Shown: positions 17,665 to 27,867, counted from the stretch's first letter. The stretch is DNA of 59,218 nt from a virus (IMGVR_UViG_3300037851_000461:1-59218), one strand, 5' to 3'. Made by a program: numbers and translations. Notes: generated by a model not told the origin, from the letters alone.

Positions 17665-18573
17665 TTAATTGGTTGGGTAGAGTTCAGAGTATCGCTTGCG
17701 TAGACCGTCTGTCAACTTGATAAAACCAAGTTCATCATGTTGAAAGTGCTCACCCCACTTATCCATCCACTTCTTAAAGTTGACACGCTCGGCTTCGATT
17801 TGTCGTGGATGGCGCTTGGTGAGGTCATCGTCGCGGAATATTGCTCCTCGTGAGCCAAAGTGATACGTCACTGCCTTGCTGGTTGTGAGGAAATCGACAC
17901 CTTGGCACATAAGACGAATAGAAAGGTCGTGATCCTCATACGAGGCGGGAGCAAAGAGCGGGTCATTTCCTCCCGAATCCAGAAATACCTGCGTTCTTCC
18001 GAGATAACTGACGCCTTCGAGTTTTCGGTGAAGTTGTTCTTCATTGGAATGAATGAACGACTCTGCCCAATCCTCAAAATACACCTTGTCGAAGTTGTGA
18101 TGAAACTCGCCGAAAACGTCTTTGGGAACCACAATTGTTCCGGGGCGAGAAGTTGGATTGCCGAAGATATCAGGCTCGACACGGGTCGCGCTCACGAAAT
18201 GTGGCACGCCTCGCTCATCTTCATACTTTTTGCATACATCCAGAAGTGCCTTGTCATACCCCGGTGCAATGAACATATCCGAATGGATAAGGTTGAAGTA
18301 TGGAGTCTCAACATGCTTCATCGCTTCGTTCACGCCACCACCGATTCCCTTTGGAACGGTGTTCTCTTCAATGATTGCAGTGACGAAATCCTGCGTCATC
18401 AACCAATCGGCAGTTTCCTTGTCGTTTTCAACGTAGACGATGACCGGAGCATCGGTATAATGCGCATTGCGAAAGATTGATTCAAGAGCCAACTTCAGAT
18501 ATGGAAGGTTCTTGTGGGTATTGATGATCCAAGTGTAGTCGCTACTCATACTTTCCTTAATTTGTAGATACAA
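17665..18573 (-). CDS. Glycosyltransferase family 2 (paralog of 13795-14667)
   Basis: HSDM, VSATRVEP, SYEDHD, YHFGSRG. Confidence 0.85.
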   Translation of the reverse strand: MYLQIKESMSSDYTWIINTHKNLPYLKLALESIFRNAHYTDAPVIVYVENDKETADWLMTQDFVTAIIEENTVPKGIGGGVNEAMKHVETPYFNLIHSDMFIAPGYDKALLDVCKKYEDERGVPHFVSATRVEPDIFGNPTSRPGTIVVPKDVFGEFHHNFDKVYFEDWAESFIHSNEEQLHRKLEGVSYLGRTQVFLDSGGNDPLFAPASYEDHDLSIRLMCQGVDFLTTSKAVTYHFGSRGAIFRDDDLTKRHPRQIEAERVNFKKWMDKWGEHFQHDELGFIKLTDGLRKRYSELYPTN

Positions 18574-19040
18574 AAGTCGTGTGTGGTGTGAACCACAGGT
18601 AAATCTAACACCACAAGTGTCTGGTATGTCAACTTAGAAGTATATCCATTCAACCTTTTTCTGTCTCGGCGAACGGTGATGTATGCAATCCCACCTTTTT
18701 TCAAGTATGACTTTATTTCAGTCAATATGCCCTCCCACTCGTCTTCGGGTAGTGTATTTAGAACGTAATGGCAGGTCACGACATCAAACAATCCCACCGG
18801 CTTCCTTGGAAAGTAGTGAGGGTCGTAGCATTCCCACGTCGTTGACGGTGTAGGAAGACCGTTCATCATACTACACACCGCCAAGTTGCTTCGAAGATGA
18901 ACTACATCATCACCCCTTCCACAGCCAAAGTCGAGGTTTCTATCGCCATACAGAAGATTGGCGGCGATATATTTCATCGGCAGCGACAACTTCTTTCTTT
19001 TAATCGCCGTCAAGTATGATTTCTGCGACGCAATGCTCAT
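18546..19040 (-). CDS. Class I SAM methyltransferase resembling the DNA-phosphorothioation-associated putative MTase domain
   Basis: TAIKRKKLSLP...LDFGCGRGDD...YDPHYFP...FDVVTCHYVLN. Confidence 0.7.
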   Translation of the reverse strand: MSIASQKSYLTAIKRKKLSLPMKYIAANLLYGDRNLDFGCGRGDDVVHLRSNLAVCSMMNGLPTPSTTWECYDPHYFPRKPVGLFDVVTCHYVLNTLPEDEWEGILTEIKSYLKKGGIAYITVRRDRKRLNGYTSKLTYQTLVVLDLPVVHTTHDFCIYKLRKV

Positions 19041-19786
19041 AGTTTGACGTTGTAGTTGGTGCCTTCTGCCCGAACTTTGTGATACTCTTCCATCATTCCA
19101 GACTTAATGAAATACTCTGCCTGACCCAATTCCGCCAACCGGCAATATTCTTGAATGGTGAGCCCTGCGACGCCCCTTTTGACCGTAAGGGAGTTGTGAT
19201 GGAGCATCAATACGCGATCCGTAACGCCCATTTTCCACCCATTACGCTTTGCCATAATGGCGAAGAGGGCATCAATGCCCCACCCATAAATCAAATCAGA
19301 GTCTATGGCACCAACCGTTTCAAGGCAATGCTTCTTAATGAACGGTGCTTGGAAGTCAATGAATGGAACGGGTCGTACTTCTTTTCTGCCCCAATTCCAC
19401 ATCGTCTTCCAGTGGCATTGCTTGTCGGGTTGAGGTTCAATGTTGAGAAAGCAGCCGGAAAGAATGTCATAGTCTTCGGTGAATGCAATTTCTCGGAGGG
19501 TCTTGACGAATGACTGACCGTGAACCGTCAGGTCATTGTTCAAAAACAGCATTGAGTCATACTCCGAAGATTCAAGAACATACTGCATGGCAGCATTGAA
19601 CCCGCCGCCGAAGTAAATGTTCTCGGGAAGTTCAAATGTTGTGTTGATACTCCGACCCTCTCGGGTGGAACCATTGTCGATGATGAACGTGTCATACACC
19701 TTTCCACCGTGGGGTTCGATTGAATGGTAGAGCCAATCCGTATAATCCGGAAGGTTGTGATTGAGGATGAATACAGCAGTCTTCAT
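19037..19786 (-). CDS. Glycosyltransferase family 2-like
   Basis: IIDNGS, NIYFGGGFN, LFLNND, YGWGID. Confidence 0.8.
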   Translation of the reverse strand: MKTAVFILNHNLPDYTDWLYHSIEPHGGKVYDTFIIDNGSTREGRSINTTFELPENIYFGGGFNAAMQYVLESSEYDSMLFLNNDLTVHGQSFVKTLREIAFTEDYDILSGCFLNIEPQPDKQCHWKTMWNWGRKEVRPVPFIDFQAPFIKKHCLETVGAIDSDLIYGWGIDALFAIMAKRNGWKMGVTDRVLMLHHNSLTVKRGVAGLTIQEYCRLAELGQAEYFIKSGMMEEYHKVRAEGTNYNVKL

Positions 19787-20544
19787 AGTGTGGTTAGAAT
19801 TTCTGGAGCACCGTCTGTGATAAGGACGGTGTGTTCAAAGTGTGCAGAACGCTTTCCGTCATCGGTGACGGCGGTCCATTCATCGGGAAGAATCTTGATC
19901 TTGAATTTTCCTTCATTGACCATTGGCTCGATTGCGAGCGTCATACCCTCTACCAATTTTTCACCGGTTCCGGGATGCCCAAAATTAGGAATGACGGGCT
20001 TCTCATGCAATTCCTTACCGATTCCATGCCCGGTAAAGTCTCGCACAAGGGAGAATCCATTCTCTTCAATGTGCTTCTGAATGACAGAGGCAATATCGCC
20101 AATGCGATTACCTGCTCGCGCCTTTTCGATGCCCATATAGAGGGAACTTTCGGTAATGCGCACCAAATGGTTGGCAATTTCATCACCTTTACCGACAATG
20201 AGCGTTCCAGCGGTGTCGCCATAGAATCCATTCTTGCGAACGGCTACGTCAATTGAAATAACGTCGCCTTCTTTGAGAACAACATCCTCGGAAGGAATGC
20301 CGTGAACAACAACGTGATTGACCGATGTGCAAATATGCGACGGAAACAGTCTGATGCCCTTTCTGTATTGATAACTGGCGCTTTCGACTCCGAGAATTCG
20401 CATCTCTTCAATCGCCATACGTTCAATTGCTGCCGTGGTCATTCCGGGAACCACTTGCAACATGAGTTTGCGAAGCACAATCGCAGCGGCACGACATGCC
20501 GAGCGCATCATAGACAATTCAATGCTATCCTTTTGAAAAATCAT
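19783..20544 (-). CDS. map: Methionine aminopeptidase type I
   Basis: CTSVNHVVVHGIP, DVAV, GDTA, GHGIGKELHE, IEPM, SAHFEHT. Confidence 0.95.
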   Translation of the reverse strand: MIFQKDSIELSMMRSACRAAAIVLRKLMLQVVPGMTTAAIERMAIEEMRILGVESASYQYRKGIRLFPSHICTSVNHVVVHGIPSEDVVLKEGDVISIDVAVRKNGFYGDTAGTLIVGKGDEIANHLVRITESSLYMGIEKARAGNRIGDIASVIQKHIEENGFSLVRDFTGHGIGKELHEKPVIPNFGHPGTGEKLVEGMTLAIEPMVNEGKFKIKILPDEWTAVTDDGKRSAHFEHTVLITDGAPEILTTL

Positions 20545-21860
20545 ACTGTCTCCTCTGTGAAAAACTGTTCAACCTTTTCCTTGGCTCTCTCCTGCTCGAA
20601 GTAGAACTCCACACAGCGACGATTTGCCATGATTTTGTGAGGTGAGAATGCCTTAATGCTCAATGATTCCAAATCACGAACTCGGCTCAATGCCACATAA
20701 ACCTGACCAGCAGCGAACGCCTCTGAAATATCAATCTCCGCACGGTCGAGCGTGGCACCCTGCGACTTGTGCACGGTGACTGCCCAAGCGAGTTTGAGGG
20801 GAAGTTGTTTTCTTCCTGCAATCTTGACTTTTTTGATTTCACCTGTGATGAGGGGCTCGTCTTGCTTGACTTCCCATTCAAATGGTTGCACGACATGATC
20901 ACCAGTTGTGAAGCGGACCACCGGTCCCTCGTTGGAAAAACTCTCAACGACGCCGATGCTTCCATTGACGAGACCGTTGGCAACGTCAACGTTTGTAAGC
21001 AGCATGACCTGTGCACCTACACGGAGGCGCAATACCTCCGGAGCCATACAGTTCTTGTTGAAGAATTTCGTCCACTGCTCTCCACCCGTGTCTATGGCGT
21101 AGTAAACCTTTTCCTCGGAGCCGATCTTTTGAAGTTCTTTGTTGTTGAAGCCGTCAACATCGATGTTCTTACAGAAGAGGCGAACGGGTTTGATTCCATC
21201 ATCGGGGAACTTTCGGTCGATACATTCCTTCAACATGGCATGGTCTTCCGCCACACCGAAGCGAACCTCGTTGAGATACTCCGCAAACTTTGGCTGGCTA
21301 TGCTGACGAACGATTTCGGTCAGGTGAACCGTTTGAATCTTGGCACTTGCCCACGCATGAGAGTCAAATGCAAATAGTTCCTTCTGGAATCCTTTGAACA
21401 CAGGAGGCAATTGAAGAAAATCACCGACCATGACGACTTGAATTCCCCCGAATGGCTGGTCATTGTTTCGAATGTATTGGCAAACGATATCCAATTTGTC
21501 GAGAAGGTTGGCATCGCACATCGAGATTTCATCAATGAACAGAATGCGCGTTCCCTTGATTCGATTTGTTGCCTTCTGATTGTTGGAGACGCGGGTCAAT
21601 AGAGCCATTCCTTCGTCATCAGCCAATCCCATACCGCTCCAAGAGTGGAGGGTGGAACCGCCGATGTTCAGCGCAGCAACTCCCGTCGTCGCTGTCTTTC
21701 CATAGAAGACATGCTTGGAGTCAAGGAAGTCGATCAATTTCTTGATCACATACGACTTTCCGGTTCCAGCCGCTCCGGTAAGGAAAATGTTGAACCCACT
21801 GAAGAAGAACTCGAAGAATTCCCGCTGACCCTTGTTCATGGTCTTCCAAGCGGGAGTCAT
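20541..21860 (-). CDS. PIF1/RecD-like SF1B DNA helicase
   Basis: TGAAGTGKS, TATTGVAA, FIDEISM, GDFLQLPPV, LAWAVTVHKSQG, YVALSR. Confidence 0.93.
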   Translation of the reverse strand: MTPAWKTMNKGQREFFEFFFSGFNIFLTGAAGTGKSYVIKKLIDFLDSKHVFYGKTATTGVAALNIGGSTLHSWSGMGLADDEGMALLTRVSNNQKATNRIKGTRILFIDEISMCDANLLDKLDIVCQYIRNNDQPFGGIQVVMVGDFLQLPPVFKGFQKELFAFDSHAWASAKIQTVHLTEIVRQHSQPKFAEYLNEVRFGVAEDHAMLKECIDRKFPDDGIKPVRLFCKNIDVDGFNNKELQKIGSEEKVYYAIDTGGEQWTKFFNKNCMAPEVLRLRVGAQVMLLTNVDVANGLVNGSIGVVESFSNEGPVVRFTTGDHVVQPFEWEVKQDEPLITGEIKKVKIAGRKQLPLKLAWAVTVHKSQGATLDRAEIDISEAFAAGQVYVALSRVRDLESLSIKAFSPHKIMANRRCVEFYFEQERAKEKVEQFFTEETV

Positions 21861-21885
21861 CTTGAACTCTGTCTTGAATTTGAGA

Positions 21886-22371
21886 TTAGCCTTCCTCGTC
21901 ATTAAGTCTGTTCTCCCGTTCTGCCAGAGTTTCTTTCTTGATTTCGCGGGGCTCGTTGAATGAATTCTTCTCGGTTGCCCTGATATCAAACTTGGTTATG
22001 ACGCCTCTCTGCACAATTTCAACTTCGTAATCCTCAAGGTCGCTGTAAAGCAATTCCATGTATAGATCAACCTCTGCCTCGGTATCCCCAAGAATGAATA
22101 CCTCGAAGTCATCCTTGAAGCAGCGATAAACGTTGGAATTTTCGGCATGAAGGAGTTGAACAGACACCTTTTCAACAGTCCGACGCGACTTGTAGTTCTG
22201 GAAAAGCCAGTAGAACGCGAATAGAAGCGAAAACATCGCGTGTCCCTTTGTGCCTTCCAAAAATGAAAGAACGGATGAGAGTATAGAAAGTGCCGCTAAA
22301 GGAAGCGACGAGTAGTACCAAAAGGCATCGTAGATGCTGTCGAAATGTTTTGTCGAGGTGGTCGTTTTCAC
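21886..22371 (-). CDS. Hypothetical membrane protein
   Basis: Two N-terminal hydrophobic helices. Confidence 0.55.
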   Translation of the reverse strand: MKTTTSTKHFDSIYDAFWYYSSLPLAALSILSSVLSFLEGTKGHAMFSLLFAFYWLFQNYKSRRTVEKVSVQLLHAENSNVYRCFKDDFEVFILGDTEAEVDLYMELLYSDLEDYEVEIVQRGVITKFDIRATEKNSFNEPREIKKETLAERENRLNDEEG

Positions 22372-22412
22372 GAAACAACCTTGAACGCTAAGTTGCGAAC
22401 CGTCAACTTATT

Positions 22413-23210
22413 TCAGTAGCGAAATGGTGCGCCCCAATTGGATTGCATCACGATTCCGGAATAGACCTTTGCCAAATCGGCTTCCGTGTAGCCACTTTTT
22501 TTAGCCTCTTCGTATTGTGGCTTGTAATGGAATACCTTGAACAAAGGTTCGACCGGCCAGATCGGAATGGTCTTATCAACTAAAAGAAATTCTCCGTACC
22601 ATGTAAACTCGCTTGGCACTTCTTTAATTACTTGGGCGAGTGTCAGGTCGTTTGGAGATAGATAATTATTCTCCAGCGATTGCCAGACAGCGGCAGACCA
22701 TATTACGGGCACCGGTCCGAAGTCATAGAGCCTTCCCTCACGCCCAAACGTCTCCATTATTTTAACCCGACACTCGGCAAAACTCTTCTGCGGATCAAAA
22801 CCGAGCACACTTGCCTTATTGCAAGTCCACCCGAACATGTCTTTCTGTTCGTGCATGACGGTGTATGGCACGCCCGATGGATGAATGAAATCCGACACGC
22901 GAAAATGGCGGATAAAATAACAATCACTATCCAAGAGAAGGTATGCGTCGCAGCCCGAGTATTTCCAGTAAAGTGCTTTCGTGACTTGCTGAGAAACCCA
23001 GCCTCTCATAGTCGGATCGTGAAAGATTGCTTCGTCTTCATGGATTGAGGCGTTTCCACCAAGGGCGTGCTTGAATAGTTTTACGTCTTCCTTTGGAACG
23101 CTGACAATGAAAGGAATCAGATCAACGTTAAACTTGTAGACCGATTCGGCAAGAACCTTGACTCGTTCAAGGTCTCCACGATATGATTTGCAGTAAAGGT
23201 GAAATTTCAC
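22413..23210 (-). CDS. DUF6492-like nucleotide-sugar transferase-fold protein
   Basis: GWVSQQVTKALY...LLLDSDCYFIR (GWxxQQxxK and DxD); GTG start coupled to the FkbM stop. Confidence 0.65.
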   Translation of the reverse strand: MKFHLYCKSYRGDLERVKVLAESVYKFNVDLIPFIVSVPKEDVKLFKHALGGNASIHEDEAIFHDPTMRGWVSQQVTKALYWKYSGCDAYLLLDSDCYFIRHFRVSDFIHPSGVPYTVMHEQKDMFGWTCNKASVLGFDPQKSFAECRVKIMETFGREGRLYDFGPVPVIWSAAVWQSLENNYLSPNDLTLAQVIKEVPSEFTWYGEFLLVDKTIPIWPVEPLFKVFHYKPQYEEAKKSGYTEADLAKVYSGIVMQSNWGAPFRY

Positions 23211-23839
23211 GACACACTCTCCTTTTCGATCCAAATGGAATCGGATTGCCCACCGAGGTCGATGCAATGCACCAAATGATGTGTGGGAAGGAGTTTTGTG
23301 ATAACGTCGGAGAACAATTTCTGTCCTTCCCAAAATTGCTTGCGCTCCGCTTCAAGGTGAATGACCTTCACATCCTTCAATCGGGCACCGAATCCGTCAA
23401 GCACTTCCCAAGTCTTTCCTTCAACATCGAGTTTCAGGAAATCAATCGACTTGATTTCATATTCCGCCATCCAGTCATCCATACGGATGGTGTCAATGTT
23501 GACCGTCTTGTACTTGGTCGGATCGTCATAGTCGCTACGTGGAGCGAGACTTGACATACCGTGGTTGTTGTTTGCATCCATAATGCAACTGTGGAACGGT
23601 AGAATGCCATTTTCATTCGAGCAGGCATTGTTGAAAACGGTTACGTTGGGGTATCGTTGGCGAATCTGCACAGCAAGATCGGGGTGTGCCTCAAAAATAA
23701 CGACGGATGATTGGAAGACGCCCAATAGCCTTGCGATGTCAACAGCGTCGTGTCCATCGCGAGAGCCAATCTCGAATACGTTAGACGGAGTGAAACCAAG
23801 ATTGGCTTTTAGCACTTCAGGAAGGAATTGGGGAATCAT
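23207..23839 (-). CDS. FkbM-family methyltransferase
   Basis: FEIGSRDG, FEAHP, IDTIRMD, FLKLDVEG. Confidence 0.9.
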   Translation of the reverse strand: MIPQFLPEVLKANLGFTPSNVFEIGSRDGHDAVDIARLLGVFQSSVVIFEAHPDLAVQIRQRYPNVTVFNNACSNENGILPFHSCIMDANNNHGMSSLAPRSDYDDPTKYKTVNIDTIRMDDWMAEYEIKSIDFLKLDVEGKTWEVLDGFGARLKDVKVIHLEAERKQFWEGQKLFSDVITKLLPTHHLVHCIDLGGQSDSIWIEKESVS

Positions 23840-24390
23840 TGTTGTAGGTAAATGTTTTTCTTCACGGGCGGTTGACCGAGCCACGATAGGAGTTTGTTAA
23901 CGTCTGGAGAACACAGAACGCCAGACAAGCCATCAATTTGCTCTTTGCTCAAATCCCACCACTTAACTTCAAGAAGACGCTTGATGGTGTCTGGATCAAA
24001 TCTATACTTCAGGTGTTTCGCAGGGTTTCCACCAACGATGGAATACGGGTCAACATTTTTTACCACGTGGGAGTTCGCCGCGACTACGGCACCGTCACCA
24101 ATGGTGACTCCGCTCATGATTGTGGCACCGGCACCGATCCAAACGTCGTTTCCGATGATAACATCACCCTTGCTCGTGGGATGTTCCAATGCCTTGTGTT
24201 TGGTGAATACGCTTTGATTTACGTGACCAAACGGATATGTCGTTATCCAATCAACCCTATGATCTGCGCATAAGAAGATCGTAACGTCGGATGCAACAGA
24301 GCAGAACTTTCCGAACCTTACGTCTCCCTTTTCAGGACCGAAGATTCGAACCTTATCCGCACCGTATGTGTAGTCGCCAATGATCAGCAT
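23836..24390 (-). CDS. CatB/Vat-related hexapeptide O-acetyltransferase
   Basis: GKFCSVA, WITTYPF, IGNDVWIG, GAVVAANS.V.K.VDPYSIVGGNPAK, KWWD. Confidence 0.9.
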   Translation of the reverse strand: MLIIGDYTYGADKVRIFGPEKGDVRFGKFCSVASDVTIFLCADHRVDWITTYPFGHVNQSVFTKHKALEHPTSKGDVIIGNDVWIGAGATIMSGVTIGDGAVVAANSHVVKNVDPYSIVGGNPAKHLKYRFDPDTIKRLLEVKWWDLSKEQIDGLSGVLCSPDVNKLLSWLGQPPVKKNIYLQQ

Positions 24391-24391
24391 G

Positions 24392-24922
24392 TCAGATTAC
24401 CAACACACCAGTTCCCGATCCGTGACCGATACCGGTAATGTCATACTTTTGAGGATAAACCAAATCTGCCCAAAATGATTCCATCTCCTTGTTGAGATGA
24501 ATATCATCGAATAGAATCGTACCAGAGAATCCTGCATCGCACAATGCGCGAAAGAATTGACGCTCCGTATGACCATCGTGTGTGGTATCATACATAACGA
24601 ATCCTGCCTTGGCAATCTCGTCGATATCCTCCAGAGGATTCTTCACACGATGATCGACCCATGGATTCTTAACGCGAACCTGTGGATTGATATCATAAGA
24701 AATCACGGGGCTCTTCATTCCTGATAGAGCAAGGGAAGACATACCACGGTGGGTGCCAATGTCATATACCGGACCTTGAATCTTATCGCTCAACCAGAAC
24801 AGAAGACGATAATGCTCTTTGCCAGATGCCCAGCGGAAATAGTCTTTGTAGTCTTCGTCAATGTATGCGGCAAATTGCTCCATGTCGAGAGCATCTAGTT
24901 CTTGGTTGGTTGGTAGTTTCAT
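24392..24922 (-). CDS. Class I SAM methyltransferase (Methyltransf_24-like)
   Basis: YDIGTHRGMS, YDI, DTTHDG, LFDDIH. Confidence 0.8.
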   Translation of the reverse strand: MKLPTNQELDALDMEQFAAYIDEDYKDYFRWASGKEHYRLLFWLSDKIQGPVYDIGTHRGMSSLALSGMKSPVISYDINPQVRVKNPWVDHRVKNPLEDIDEIAKAGFVMYDTTHDGHTERQFFRALCDAGFSGTILFDDIHLNKEMESFWADLVYPQKYDITGIGHGSGTGVLVI

Positions 24923-25410
24923 AGGCTATTGGCAAAAAGTTCTCGGGCACGAGAGATTACGTCGCATTCACTTGTGGTATTGAACCTCTTCAATTCCTCA
25001 ACGAGTTCGTCTATGTTGAAGAAAATATCGGTTGCAAACTGATACATCACATCCCAGCGTTCGGGTTCCTTATCGAAGAGAATGTATCCCCTCTTTCCCT
25101 TACCGAGAGAGTATCCAAGTTCGAGGTGCCCCGACTTTCCTGCTGGCATGAGCATGACAACGATATCCGCACGGTCGATGTGAAACTTATCAAACTCAAA
25201 CACATGCTTGGCTGACCAATTGTTCAACGCTTCCTTATAGGTGCTTCCACGTTTCTTTTCGAACTTGCGCCAAAAGTCATCCGCCTCGGGTCCGGGAGAA
25301 AACCAATCATCGAACACTTCAAAGCCAGTCTGTTCGCGAAGTTGCTTCGCGACAACCGGCACGTTTTCATTTCTCAGACTTCCGATTAGATAAACGACGG
25401 GTTTCTTCAT
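24919..25410 (-). CDS. Nucleoside 2-deoxyribosyltransferase-fold protein
   Basis: VYLIGS, DKFHIDRAD, SGHLELGY (catalytic Glu). Confidence 0.75.
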   Translation of the reverse strand: MKKPVVYLIGSLRNENVPVVAKQLREQTGFEVFDDWFSPGPEADDFWRKFEKKRGSTYKEALNNWSAKHVFEFDKFHIDRADIVVMLMPAGKSGHLELGYSLGKGKRGYILFDKEPERWDVMYQFATDIFFNIDELVEELKRFNTTSECDVISRARELFANSL

Positions 25411-26285
25411 ATTGTCAGAAGTTTCTCAACCATCGTCTCACATGTCAAGAATTTTTTTGTGTAGTCTAAAAGATATGCGGAGTCTTCTGCGTATCGTTCA
25501 ATTTCGTATTCCTCATTGGCGAGAAGATTATGAATCTCAATCAGCCTTTCTTTAGGAAATGGAACCATCATTGACGCAGGGCATTTTTCTAACTCAAGGA
25601 AGTATGGAACACAGCCATCCGCCAGAATTTCGTAGTGACGGAGGCAATCCCAACCGGCTTTTTTCATAGTGACGGCAAAATAACTGTCTCGGTAGTCTTG
25701 ATGATATTTCACTTCATCATCCATACCGTAAATGTACGTCGATAGATCGCCCGGAATGATGTGGGCGAACATTTTCGTCTTTGCTGGCACATCATCGACG
25801 ATCAACCTGCGCGGAATGCTAAAATTGATCGGATTGACGCCGCCGTATGAAAAGTCGAGGAGTTCTCGCTTAAAGTATCTACCGTGCTGGGTGAGTTGAG
25901 TGCGGATGTAATTGTCATCCTCTCCGTCGATAAAAATGACGCGCTCCTTCGGATATGTTTCGATAACCAACTTCAAGTAGTCATTGCATCGAGATACGGA
26001 ACCGTATATGACAAAATCGTAGAAACGGGAAGCGATCTTGGCTTCGATATCCGTGCGATCAACTGGAATGTCGTCGAGAATTCCATGAAGCGTGAATCCT
26101 CTTCCATAACTGTCTCCACCATTGGGAACGCGCTCCTTCCAAAACTTCTGCTTGTCTTCCTTGTAGGAATACCAATTTCGATTGGCGTCAACGAAGTCGG
26201 CTCCGAACAGTTCTCTTCCTCCGAGGAAGGTCATGTCAGATTGGAAGTCGGGTAAGTTTCCCTTGGCTATGAACAGAATTTTCAT
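25407..26285 (-). CDS. Glycosyltransferase-like (GT-B C-terminal motif)
   Basis: FIDGED, YFKREL, KKAGWDCLRHYEILADGCVPYF. Confidence 0.65.
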   Translation of the reverse strand: MKILFIAKGNLPDFQSDMTFLGGRELFGADFVDANRNWYSYKEDKQKFWKERVPNGGDSYGRGFTLHGILDDIPVDRTDIEAKIASRFYDFVIYGSVSRCNDYLKLVIETYPKERVIFIDGEDDNYIRTQLTQHGRYFKRELLDFSYGGVNPINFSIPRRLIVDDVPAKTKMFAHIIPGDLSTYIYGMDDEVKYHQDYRDSYFAVTMKKAGWDCLRHYEILADGCVPYFLELEKCPASMMVPFPKERLIEIHNLLANEEYEIERYAEDSAYLLDYTKKFLTCETMVEKLLTI

Positions 26286-26905
26286 CGAATCTTCTCCCAC
26301 AAGAAGTTTCCTTGAAGCAGTTTGTTGTCAACATACGTTGGATCGCAAAGATCGACTATGGAGTATCCTTTCGAGCGAAGGTAATCGTTGATATCGTCAA
26401 AGAGTGGTGCGCCCTCGTTGAATGACACGAATGACACTTCCGCATAAACCCAGCGGGCTTTAGACAAAACGTTGTCGGCACCTTTCATGATATCGAGTTC
26501 GGCACCTTGAACATCCATCTTCAGGAAGTTGTAATTGGGGTAGTTCTCCATGATATCATCCAAACGATATGTGTCGAGGTTGATAACATCCGCATTCTCG
26601 AAGTGCTTCGACTTCTCACGATAGATTGAGCATCCCGTTGAAGTCGGGTCATTATGATCGACGTAGAAACTTTTCACATCACCACTTTCAGAACCCAACA
26701 GACAGATTGCGTAGTTGACACGCTTCGCACGGATTGCTTCTTCACACTTTGGATTTGCCTCAAACGAAAGAATATTGGCATCCGGGTAAACCGCACGAAT
26801 CATATCGATGGTCTCTCCGAAGTGCGCACCCGCATCAATGAAACCGGTGGGAACCAACCCACGTGCCTTCAGTCTGCTCAAAACGTGAACTAGATAGTTG
26901 CTCAT
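26282..26905 (-). CDS. FkbM-family methyltransferase
   Basis: IDAGAHFG, FEANP, FLKMDVQGAEL, YNEGAP-like SFNEGAP. Confidence 0.9.
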   Translation of the reverse strand: MSNYLVHVLSRLKARGLVPTGFIDAGAHFGETIDMIRAVYPDANILSFEANPKCEEAIRAKRVNYAICLLGSESGDVKSFYVDHNDPTSTGCSIYREKSKHFENADVINLDTYRLDDIMENYPNYNFLKMDVQGAELDIMKGADNVLSKARWVYAEVSFVSFNEGAPLFDDINDYLRSKGYSIVDLCDPTYVDNKLLQGNFLWEKIR

Positions 26906-27867
26906 TTCAGGAATACCTCGTTGAATTTGTTGATAACGTTTGTGCGAGAGAATGGAACGCTGAACATATCCCAATCGTTCTCAAGGCAGTAAGGTCGGTC
27001 AATTGCTCTGAACAAATCCATCAACTCGGAGGCATTCGAGTATTGAAGTGCCCGGTCGCCCAAGTGTTCGATGTGTGCCTTATCTGTGCCAAAACTGTTG
27101 GTGAGAACCGGCTTGTTGGCAACCGAAAACTCTCCGACTGCCAATCCAAACGTCTCGCCGATCATTCTGGCATGAATCATAGCATCGCATGAATGGATGA
27201 AGTTGAAAATGTCTTGTTGAACACCAACCCAAGGGATGAAAATGACTCTTTCGTGCTGAATGAATGGCTGTGTCGATAGAAAGAGGAAGTAAACGTCTTT
27301 TCTCTCCTGTAGAATCTGCCGAATACACTGATAAACAAATGGAACGTCGAAGGTATCCATACCACCGTGCCTTCCATAGACCAAAGCATCTGCGGGAATT
27401 CCATACTTTGCTCTCAAATTCTCCGTTGGTGCGTAGTTTGTGATGATATGGGGAACATAATCCGTCTTACCGAATTTGTTAGCAAGAAAATGAGACACTC
27501 CAGCATAACTATTACCGTGTGGCTGAGTCATGCTGAATACACAATGGATTCCAACCTTACAATTGGTAGGATCGATGCCATCGTTTTCGCCCGCCTTGAG
27601 CATATACATGAAGTCGATCTTCTCCTTTTCAACCAACTGCGACAGAACGTAGGAGATTTCGGATGGTTTGTCTTCCCCAACCTTCAACGCATAGTATGTC
27701 ATCGGAAATTCCTTGGTGATTACAGCAGAACCTTCGTTCTTACTCTTTCCCGATGTGATGAACGTGACTTCATGGCCGAGAATATCCCGAAGGGCAGTTG
27801 CGTAGTCGTATGGAACTTTTCCACTACCTCTACCGTCAAATTGATTGCTGTGAAGTGCTATTTTCAT
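26902..27867 (-). CDS. GT-B (GT4-like) glycosyltransferase
   Basis: RHGGMDTF, CDAMIHARMIGETFGLAVGEF (Ex7E). Confidence 0.8.
   Translation of the reverse strand: MKIALHSNQFDGRGSGKVPYDYATALRDILGHEVTFITSGKSKNEGSAVITKEFPMTYYALKVGEDKPSEISYVLSQLVEKEKIDFMYMLKAGENDGIDPTNCKVGIHCVFSMTQPHGNSYAGVSHFLANKFGKTDYVPHIITNYAPTENLRAKYGIPADALVYGRHGGMDTFDVPFVYQCIRQILQERKDVYFLFLSTQPFIQHERVIFIPWVGVQQDIFNFIHSCDAMIHARMIGETFGLAVGEFSVANKPVLTNSFGTDKAHIEHLGDRALQYSNASELMDLFRAIDRPYCLENDWDMFSVPFSRTNVINKFNEVFLK

Noticed and set aside
23836-24390. Antibiotic-resistance gene (catB/vat)
   Set aside because: The fold is shared with sugar O-acetyltransferases, and the gene is coupled between FkbM and other glycan MTases, so glycan acetylation is more parsimonious.
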